Of a DNA stretch of 33,456 bases, positions 7,727-14,865 are shown one piece after another (position 1 is the stretch's first letter; each line of letters opens with the position of its first letter). Both the position numbers and the translations under genes were made by a program. The notes below the pieces were generated by a model. It did not search any database, had not been told where the DNA came from, and worked only from the letters and a program-made list of their open reading frames with translations. This stretch comes from Candidatus Saccharimonadales bacterium (lineage in GTDB: Bacteria > Patescibacteriota > Saccharimonadia > Saccharimonadales > UBA10212): NCBI GenBank assembly GCA_035718045.1, contig DASTHV010000034.1, forward strand, positions 1-33,456. Direction: 5' to 3'.

Positions 7727-8707
7727 ATGAAGGCTTTTAAGAGGGTAATTTCGGTACTGTTATTTCTGGCTTTGCTAGCGGTACCGTTTGTAGTTTGGTG
7801 GAAGGCCCAAGCCCTGACGGATTGGTGGCAACTGCGAAACTACACTCCGCCGGCCGCGGTGGTTAGCCTAGCCAGTCAAGACACTATGACCAGCTACGCT
7901 CGCCACGTTTTTTACGTCAATCATCCGGATATAGAAAGTGATGCCAGCCAATTCCGGACCGACTGCAATGAATCGGAAAAGGCGATCGTGCTGGGTTGTT
8001 ATCATTCCAATCAAGATGGAATTTTTATCTATGACGTCCAGGATCAGCGTTTGGCAGGGGTAGAGCAGGTGACCGCCGCCCACGAAATGCTGCACGCCGC
8101 CTACGACCGGCTGAGCGGCAGCGATAAGAACCGTATCGATGGAATGCTACAGAGCTACTACAATAACGGCCTAAATGACCAACGTATCAAGGACGAAATA
8201 AACAGCTATAAGCAGACCGAGCCTAACGATCTGGTGAATGAAATGCATTCGATATTCGGCACGGAAGTAGCCAATCTGCCTTCGGGGCTGCAAACATACT
8301 ACCAAAAATACTTCTCTAATCGGCAGGCGATTGTCGACTTTGCCGATTCTTACCAAGACGAATTTACCAGCCGCGAAAACCAAATGCGAGCCTTGGCCGG
8401 CGAGCTGGCTCAGACCAAATCGCAGATTGAGGCCGAAGAGCAATCGCTAAAGGGGCAATTAGCCCAGTTGAATGCCGACCGGGCCAACTTAGACAGCCAG
8501 CGTTCTTCGGGCAACGCCAGCGCCTATAACAGCCAGATTGCCACCTTTAACCGCGAAGTCGACTCATATAATAGCGGCGTGGCTCAACTAAAGAGCGATA
8601 TTAATGAATACAATCAGCTGGTTGATCAATACAACTCAGTCGCCAAAGAATTAGCCAGCCTACAGCAGTCGATTGATACGCGGCTGACACCGCAGACGAC
8701 ACAATAA
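7727..8707 (+). CDS. Hypothetical membrane-anchored protein with HExxH motif and C-terminal coiled coil
   Basis: N-terminal TM helix (VISVLLFLALLAVPFVVWW). HExxH motif in VTAAHEMLHAAYD. The C-terminal ~110 aa are Q/N/S/A/E-rich with heptad character. Start moved to ATG 7727 (GGAAAG upstream) from TTG 7715. Confidence 0.6.
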   Translation: MKAFKRVISVLLFLALLAVPFVVWWKAQALTDWWQLRNYTPPAAVVSLASQDTMTSYARHVFYVNHPDIESDASQFRTDCNESEKAIVLGCYHSNQDGIFIYDVQDQRLAGVEQVTAAHEMLHAAYDRLSGSDKNRIDGMLQSYYNNGLNDQRIKDEINSYKQTEPNDLVNEMHSIFGTEVANLPSGLQTYYQKYFSNRQAIVDFADSYQDEFTSRENQMRALAGELAQTKSQIEAEEQSLKGQLAQLNADRANLDSQRSSGNASAYNSQIATFNREVDSYNSGVAQLKSDINEYNQLVDQYNSVAKELASLQQSIDTRLTPQTTQ

Positions 8708-8716
8708 GTTCGCTCA

Positions 8717-8870
8717 CCCCAAGCCCCACTGGGCCAGTCAAAAAATCAGACGCTCGAGCCTACATTCGCTAAAAGGGAATCTGCGCGCGCAAGCAAAGCT
8801 CGTGCTCGATTCACCTTTTATCTCATTTGCCTCTCCCTCTGTTTTTCTCAAGTCCCAGTAGGGCTTGGGG
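8717..8870. repeat. 154-nt imperfect palindrome / three-helix structured element (possible ncRNA or MITE-like insert)
   Basis: Helix 1 pairs 8717-8733 with 8854-8870 (16/17 Watson-Crick). Helix 2 pairs 8740-8750 with 8838-8848 (9/11). Helix 3 pairs 8770-8781 with 8808-8820 (12 bp, one bulge). A 19/13-nt internal bubble separates helices 2 and 3. Both A-C mismatches become G-U wobbles on the minus strand. GTTCGC occurs at 8708-8713 and 8870-8875. Confidence 0.5.
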
Positions 8871-8915
8871 TTCGCCCGATAAATTAAAATACTTGACTTG
8901 TTAAGTATATTTAGG

Positions 8916-8983
8916 ACATAGGATTTAGGGCATAGATTCTAGCTTTTTACTGTATCCTGCACCCTATTTCCTATATCCTATTT
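8916..8983. repeat. Two opposed arrays of 7-nt repeats (ATAGG-type on the left, CCTAT-type on the right) directly upstream of radA
   Basis: Left array: ATAGG 8918, TTAGG 8925, ATAGA 8932, at 7-nt spacing. Right array: CCTGC 8956, CCTAT 8963, CCTAT 8970, CCTAT 8977, at 7-nt spacing. The arms GGACATAGGATTTAGGG (8914-8930) and CCCTATTTCCTATATCC (8962-8978) are 14/17 complementary. Confidence 0.5.
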
Positions 8984-8985
8984 AT

Positions 8986-10332
8986 ATGGCTAAGTCATCG
9001 GGAGTGAAATTTATTTGTTCTAATTGCGGCGCTGCTTATGGCAAATGGCAGGGCCGTTGCAGTACCTGCGGTCAGTGGAACACCTTAGTAGAGCAAGTAG
9101 AAGTTAATACGGCCACGGCCGGCGCCTCCGGCAGACGGTTGGCTGTGGATTCTATCAGCGCTGCCGTGAAAGATAAGACGGCGCGTATCAAAAGCGGTCT
9201 AGCGGAAGTAGACGAAGTACTGGGCGGCGGCTTTGTAGCCGGCAGTGTTAATTTGTTGGCCGGCCAGCCCGGTATTGGCAAAAGCACGCTGTTGCTGCAG
9301 CTGGCCTATAACGTATCTAAATCGCATAGCGTGCTGTATGTCAGCGGCGAAGAATCGGCTCATCAGGTAGCCATGCGCGCTGAGCGGCTGAAAGCCGATA
9401 ATAAGCAATTGCAACTGGCTGTTTCAACCGTGGCGAACGATATTGCCGCGACGATTTCGCAGGGCAAATACGAGCTAGTAGTTGTTGATTCGATACAAGC
9501 CGTGGCCGTTAATGAGATTTCTTCAGCGGCCGGCAACGTCAGCCAAATCACCAACAGCGCTCAGCTACTGAGCGCCGCCGCCAAGGCTAGCGGCACGGCG
9601 TTGATTTTAGTTGGTCATGTTACTAAAGAAGGTTCAATCGCCGGGCCGAAGATTCTGGAACATATGGTCGACGTGGTTTTGCAGCTGGAAGGCGACCGCT
9701 ACGGCGGTTTTAAGATATTGCGCGGCGTAAAAAACCGTTATGGTTCGACCAACGAGGTCGGCATTTTTGAAATGACCGACAGCGGATTGAAGCCGGTAGA
9801 CAATCCATCGGCCGCCTTGCTGGCTGAGCGTCAAGCCAGCGACGGGTCAATCGTGCACGCCACTATGGAGGGCAACCGGCCACTGCTGGTGGAAGTGCAG
9901 GCGCTGGTAAATCCAACCAATTACGGTTATCCCAGGCGGACGGCCAGTGGTATCGACTTAAACCGTGTAAATCTGCTAGTCGCTGTACTAGAGCGACGCA
10001 CAAAGCTGAGATTAGCCGACAAAGATATATATGTGAATATCGTGGGCGGAATCAGGCTTAGTGAACCAGCCGCCGATCTGGCGATCTGTATGGCCATTGC
10101 CAGCGCCGCCAAGGGAATGCAGCTAAAGAAAAACGCCGTGGTGTTTGGGGAAGTCGGTCTGTCCGGCGAAGTCCGACATGTGCCGTTTGCCGACAAGCGT
10201 ATCGCCGAAGCCAAAAAGCTTGGTTTTAACGCTGCTATCGGCCCGGCTGTCCGCTCCGGTAAAAAACCAGCTCTGCTGCTGCCGGTCAAAGACATCCGCA
10301 ATGCCCTGAACACCTTTTTAGAAAAAGACTAG
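8986..10332 (+). CDS. radA: DNA repair protein RadA/Sms
   Basis: N-terminal C4 zinc finger (CSNCGAAYGKWQGRCSTCGQW), Walker A (GQPGIGKST), the RadA-specific KNRYG motif, and a Lon-protease-like C-terminal domain. Confidence 0.9.
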   Translation: MAKSSGVKFICSNCGAAYGKWQGRCSTCGQWNTLVEQVEVNTATAGASGRRLAVDSISAAVKDKTARIKSGLAEVDEVLGGGFVAGSVNLLAGQPGIGKSTLLLQLAYNVSKSHSVLYVSGEESAHQVAMRAERLKADNKQLQLAVSTVANDIAATISQGKYELVVVDSIQAVAVNEISSAAGNVSQITNSAQLLSAAAKASGTALILVGHVTKEGSIAGPKILEHMVDVVLQLEGDRYGGFKILRGVKNRYGSTNEVGIFEMTDSGLKPVDNPSAALLAERQASDGSIVHATMEGNRPLLVEVQALVNPTNYGYPRRTASGIDLNRVNLLVAVLERRTKLRLADKDIYVNIVGGIRLSEPAADLAICMAIASAAKGMQLKKNAVVFGEVGLSGEVRHVPFADKRIAEAKKLGFNAAIGPAVRSGKKPALLLPVKDIRNALNTFLEKD

Positions 10333-13300
10333 AGGCTGGCTGTAGCCGTCTGGCCGTTGCTATCTTTGATCGTGTAGCTGTTACCTGATTTAGGCGCTGT
10401 GCAACTATTGCCGCTAGTGGCAGAACAGTTACCGCCAACCGGTGTAGTGCCATTGCTTTTGTAAACAGTAAATGGCGCTGTGCCCCCAGACCAGCTAAAG
10501 TCGACATTCGTGCCCGTGGCAGTGGCCTGGAGGGTGAGGGGACCGCCCCCCGGAGTAAAATTTACGGTGGCCGAATCGCTGGCGCTATAGAGTACGCTAT
10601 CCGTTACAGTCGCCGTAAGTGTGCCGCTGGCGTCCGGTGTAAAGCTGAAACCGACATTGTCAGATGGGTCACTGACCGATTGGGTTTTAATCACATTACC
10701 ATTCAAGGAGAATGTAACTGTACCGGGGTACTGCGGATACTTAGGATCATTGAAGGGATGGGTGCCGGCGCTGACAAAGGCGTTAACTGTATATGAGCCG
10801 TCACTGGCTGGTCCGGTGGCGGTTAACGTTATTGTGGGCGGGCTGTCGCTGCACTGGTGAACATCGTCCGTCACACCACCATTGCCACTGACCGGCGCCG
10901 AACTAGACGGCGAGGACGTTTGTCCAGGCGGATAGAATTCATCAATCGAGAAAGAGTTAGGCGCAGCATTACCGCCCAAAGTTTCCTTAGCTGAAGCCGG
11001 CGTGCAAGAAGTAGCAATCTTACCGGAGACCTTATCAAGCGTGACGCTTTGGCTGCTGGCTGCCTTGGGCTTGTACCAAGAAGGGTATATATCGGTAGCG
11101 GGGCTAGGTACGACCTCGCCGTTGCTACTGATTTTGCTGTGCATGACGTAAGCCGGCAAATGCTGGATACCGCTTGGTTCTGCCCAATTGGCTGGGGTTT
11201 TACCGCTATTATCCAGCGCATATTCCATCATCACCTTGCTAAGCGGCAGAGTCAGGTTCTCCATGAAAGTAGTCAGGGCCTGATTGCGGGTATGATAACC
11301 GACCCAGCTGCCTACGGCGTATTGAGTATTCCAGCCCATCATCAGCCCGTCAAAGCTGTCGTTGGTTGTGCCGGTCTTGACCGCGGTGTCCCATCCCTTG
11401 TAATGCTGCCATTTTTCAGAACCGACTAAATAGCTAGCGTTAGGATCGGACAGCATGTTGTCGACTATGTAGGCCGATTGCTGGCGAACGACTTGGGTAC
11501 CCTTTGGCTGATTGAATTTGTAGATAGTCTTACCGGCGGCGTTTTGAATGTTCAATATATAGGTGTTGGCAAAGGCATTACCAAGACGCGCCAGGCTGGC
11601 TAAGCCGTTTACATGTTCGTCTAAGTGTAGGTAGGCGCCGTCGCCGATAGCCGATGATGAATAACACTGTGATTCATCGGAAGTTTTAGCCTGGCTGACA
11701 TCGACTCCTTGTTTAAAGCAGCGGTAAGCATCCGGAGCAGCCATCAGCTGGTTGGCGGTGCTGATTACTTTATTGATAGACGTGGTATGACTGGAGCTGT
11801 TGTCGCCCGGCGATGCTTCGAGCATAGCCTTGACGGCCGGTACGTTACGGGAACCTCCGAGCGCATATCGCAAAGTCTCGGGGCCCGGGTAGCGGAAATC
11901 ATAATCCTCTAAGCAGTTACCGTGGCCTTTGGGTGGCGGCAGGCTTTTATCGGTACAAGAATAACCGGGTAACGGGCTTTGGCTGTCGTAAAGCACCGAG
12001 CCAGCGCCAACGCTAGTGTTATTGTCGATTAAAGTAGTGTAATCGTATGGCTTAAAGCTGGAGCCTGGCGAGATATTTACACTGTGAGCGTAGTTGAGCT
12101 GGCCATAGTCTGGGTTATTAAAGTCCGTACCGCCGACAGAGGCTAGCATCTGTCCGGTCTTGACGTCCTCCAGGACTAAAGCCTCGTCATCGCCGCCGTA
12201 CCGCTTAACGTTCGCGGCATTATTTTGGACGGTCTGTTCGGCTTTGTTTTGAAGATTCATATCAAGAGTTGTGATGACCTTCCAGCCGCCAACCTCCGAT
12301 GTCTGGCTGGCAAAACGCTTGTTTAGCTCATCTTTGGCGGCCATTACGAAGTAAGGCGCTCTGATGCCGGCGTAGCGGGTCTGTTGCGGTTGAACCTCGG
12401 CTATGACATCGACCTTCTTAGCCTTGTTAGCATCGGCCTGGCTGATCTTGTGTTGGTCGGCCATCTGATCCAGCACGTAGTCATAGCGGCTTATAAAAGC
12501 CTTTTGATCGAATGACGGACTGTATGGAGAAAAATAGGCCGGTGATTTTGGTATCGCCGCCAAAAAGGCGCATTCGGCCAAAGTCAGATCTTTGGCGTTT
12601 TTATGGAAATAGTCGCCGGCGGCCGTTTGCACGCCATAATCAATACCGCCGTACGGGGCGGCGTTCAGATAGCTCGTTAGAATCTGGTCCTTTGTGTAGG
12701 TCCGTTCTACTTCAACCGCCAAAATTAACTCTTTCAGTTTGATGGCAAAAGTCCGGTTTTGGTTGAAGTCTTGAGTTAATTTGACTAACTGCTGCGTAAT
12801 GGTGGAGCCGCCTTGTTCGGTATTACGATGCAGAGTGTCCACTACGGCGGCGCGGATAATGCCTTTAATATCAAAACCCTTCTCGTTATAAAAGTTTTTG
12901 TCTTCTATCGCCACGGTAGCTTCTTTCATATGGGCTGGGATGTCCTGGCTTTGGACAGGGATGCGCTTATTTATGTTGTAGTCCTGCCACAGCAGGTTTT
13001 TACCAGTGCGGTCATAGTAGCTGATACTGCCGCCCAGGTTGCCGGCCGACAAATCGGTTATGCCTTTTAGGTCCTTTCTGAAATAGGCGAATACTCCCAA
13101 GGTAAGAATAAACAGGACCAGGATAGTTATCCCGACGACCTTTAGGGCCATAATAGCGCCATCGCGACTAAACCAATACTCGGCTAGCCGTTTAGGCTGT
13201 AGGCGCCACATGATTCGCTTTATGCGGGACTTGGGCAGACCACGCAGCCGGTTGACCTTGCGTAGCGATTTAGCGGCTCTCATCGCTGAATACCGCTCAC

Positions 13301-13382
13301 CTAGCGACTGATTCACCTTTAATACCTTGCCGCTCCTGGTAGTAACTGGGCGGCCAGAAGGCTTGCGTGGACTTTTACTCAC
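10329..13382 (-). CDS. Class A penicillin-binding protein (bifunctional glycosyltransferase/transpeptidase) with ~240-aa C-terminal beta-rich extension
   Basis: Basic cytoplasmic tail plus a TM helix (MALKVVGITILVLFILTLGVFAY). GT51 motifs are EDKNFY, GGSTITQQL and KLKELILAVEVE. Transpeptidase motifs are SSFKP (SxxK), SRN and KTGTT. GTG start at 13382, with GGAG 13 nt upstream. Confidence 0.85.
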   Translation of the reverse strand: MSKSPRKPSGRPVTTRSGKVLKVNQSLGERYSAMRAAKSLRKVNRLRGLPKSRIKRIMWRLQPKRLAEYWFSRDGAIMALKVVGITILVLFILTLGVFAYFRKDLKGITDLSAGNLGGSISYYDRTGKNLLWQDYNINKRIPVQSQDIPAHMKEATVAIEDKNFYNEKGFDIKGIIRAAVVDTLHRNTEQGGSTITQQLVKLTQDFNQNRTFAIKLKELILAVEVERTYTKDQILTSYLNAAPYGGIDYGVQTAAGDYFHKNAKDLTLAECAFLAAIPKSPAYFSPYSPSFDQKAFISRYDYVLDQMADQHKISQADANKAKKVDVIAEVQPQQTRYAGIRAPYFVMAAKDELNKRFASQTSEVGGWKVITTLDMNLQNKAEQTVQNNAANVKRYGGDDEALVLEDVKTGQMLASVGGTDFNNPDYGQLNYAHSVNISPGSSFKPYDYTTLIDNNTSVGAGSVLYDSQSPLPGYSCTDKSLPPPKGHGNCLEDYDFRYPGPETLRYALGGSRNVPAVKAMLEASPGDNSSSHTTSINKVISTANQLMAAPDAYRCFKQGVDVSQAKTSDESQCYSSSAIGDGAYLHLDEHVNGLASLARLGNAFANTYILNIQNAAGKTIYKFNQPKGTQVVRQQSAYIVDNMLSDPNASYLVGSEKWQHYKGWDTAVKTGTTNDSFDGLMMGWNTQYAVGSWVGYHTRNQALTTFMENLTLPLSKVMMEYALDNSGKTPANWAEPSGIQHLPAYVMHSKISSNGEVVPSPATDIYPSWYKPKAASSQSVTLDKVSGKIATSCTPASAKETLGGNAAPNSFSIDEFYPPGQTSSPSSSAPVSGNGGVTDDVHQCSDSPPTITLTATGPASDGSYTVNAFVSAGTHPFNDPKYPQYPGTVTFSLNGNVIKTQSVSDPSDNVGFSFTPDASGTLTATVTDSVLYSASDSATVNFTPGGGPLTLQATATGTNVDFSWSGGTAPFTVYKSNGTTPVGGNCSATSGNSCTAPKSGNSYTIKDSNGQTATASL

Positions 13383-13443
13383 TGTATTACTTATACTCCG
13401 TCTTTGTAACCATTATAGCAAAACGCTTATCTTCTACTAGCCT

Positions 13444-13473
13444 AAGACAGACCGTATTATTTTCAGTTATAAT
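13444..13473 (+). promoter_or_regulatory. Putative tyrS promoter (AAGACA-18 nt-TATAAT), giving a ~140-nt leader
   Basis: AAGACA at 13444-13449 and a perfect TATAAT at 13468-13473. Confidence 0.4.
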
Positions 13474-13530
13474 GTTGCTTAAGTAAAGGAAATTAAACTG
13501 AGAAATAACTTATGATAAACGCTGCGCTTC

Positions 13531-13558
13531 ATTTACCGTTTACCACTTACCATTTGCC
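13531..13558 (+). repeat. Tandem heptad repeat x4 (ATTTACC GTTTACC ACTTACC ATTTGCC) in the tyrS leader
   Basis: Read directly. A fifth copy, ATTTACC, lies at 13577-13583, and TTCATTTACC occurs twice (13528-13537 and 13574-13583). Confidence 0.6.
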
Positions 13559-13620
13559 ATTAATTTCTCATTTTTCATTTACCAATCGTAAATTGTTAGT
13601 TGTCGTCGCGGGAGATATCT

Positions 13621-14862
13621 ATGAACCTAAGCGATGATTTGGCTTGGCGCGGGCTGATCAAAGACAAGACTTTTGAGCCAAAATGGCTTGATACGCCGCG
13701 CAAATTTTATCTTGGAATAGATGCCAGCAGTGACAGCCTGACCATTGGCAATTTGGCGATTATTACGCTGGCCAGACGGCTGGCGGAAGCCGGCTGGAGC
13801 GCGGTGATGCTGGCCGGTGGAGCTACCAGCTTAGTCGGCGACCCCGGCGGCAAGCACGAGGAGCGCGAGCTTAAACCCAAATCGGAAATCGAACGGAATA
13901 TCGAAGGCGTTAAAGCCCAAATAGAGCAGCTATTTGCCGGCCAGCGGCATGAAATGGTTAATAATCTTGAGTGGCTGGGCGAGCTTAAATACCTGGATTT
14001 TCTGCGCGATATCGGCAAAAACTTCTCCATGACCGAACTGATGCAACGCGAATTCGTTGACACGCGCATGGGCGAGTCCGGCGCCGGTATTAGCTACGCT
14101 GAATTCAGCTATTCGCTACTGCAGGGATATGATTTTTGGTGGCTGTTTAAGAATAAAGATGTTCAACTGCAGATTGGTGCTTCGGACCAGTGGGGAAACA
14201 TGCTCTCGGGCGTATCGCTGATCCGTAAAAAAGAAACCAGCGAGGCCCACGCTCTTAGTATGCCGCTGGTGGTCAATAAGGCGACCGGCCGCAAGTTTGG
14301 CAAAAGTGAAACCGGAGCGATCTGGTTAGACCCTAAGCGCACCAGCCCGACGCAGTTTTATCAGTTTTGGATCAACGTGGACGACGCGGACGTAGAAGAA
14401 TACTTGAAAATTTACACACTCCTGCCTAAAGAAGCAGTCAACGAGTTGATGGGCCAGCAGAAAAAAACGCCACAAGAGCGGCCGGCCCAGATAGCTTTAG
14501 CCGGCGAGGTAACTGCTATGGTCCATGGGGTCGAAGCGAACAAATTCGCGCAATCTGTCACTGACTATCTAATAGGAAAGAGCCCCATCGCAGAAGTCAG
14601 CGAAGCCGCCCTAAAAGAAATCCGCATCGCTCTGCCTAATATCAAAGCCCAACCCGGAATTTCAGTTATCGAGGCTCTGGTAGAATCCGGTTTGGCGGCC
14701 AGCAATTCTGACGCCCGCCGATTAGCCCAAAGCAAAGCCGTCTACGTTAACGATCAGCAGTTCACAAAAGACCATCTGGAAGCCGGCGATTTTAAAAATG
14801 GGAGACTGATGCTGCGCCGCGGCAAAGCCTATAAGGATTCGGCGCTAATCGAGCTGGCCTGA
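13621..14862 (+). CDS. tyrS: Tyrosine--tRNA ligase (with S4-like C-terminal domain)
   Basis: Aligns by eye with Bacillus TyrRS: FYLGIDASSDSLTIGNL, GGATSLVGDPGGK, YSLLQGYDF, QIGASDQWGN, KFGKS (the KMSKS equivalent), and an S4-like C-terminus. Start set at ATG 13621, preceded by GGGAG. Confidence 0.9.
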   Translation: MNLSDDLAWRGLIKDKTFEPKWLDTPRKFYLGIDASSDSLTIGNLAIITLARRLAEAGWSAVMLAGGATSLVGDPGGKHEERELKPKSEIERNIEGVKAQIEQLFAGQRHEMVNNLEWLGELKYLDFLRDIGKNFSMTELMQREFVDTRMGESGAGISYAEFSYSLLQGYDFWWLFKNKDVQLQIGASDQWGNMLSGVSLIRKKETSEAHALSMPLVVNKATGRKFGKSETGAIWLDPKRTSPTQFYQFWINVDDADVEEYLKIYTLLPKEAVNELMGQQKKTPQERPAQIALAGEVTAMVHGVEANKFAQSVTDYLIGKSPIAEVSEAALKEIRIALPNIKAQPGISVIEALVESGLAASNSDARRLAQSKAVYVNDQQFTKDHLEAGDFKNGRLMLRRGKAYKDSALIELA

Positions 14863-14865
14863 ATC

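Noticed and set aside
8916-8983. CRISPR array or minisatellite interpretation of the 7-nt repeat arrays (also 13531-13558)
   Set aside because: The units are only 7 nt with no spacers, the arrays have 3-5 units, and no cas genes are present. They are better treated as regulatory or structural repeats.
13474-13620. T-box riboswitch upstream of tyrS
   Set aside because: There is no T-box 14-mer, no GGUGG-containing antiterminator and no obvious terminator/antiterminator pair. The leader is only about 140 nt.
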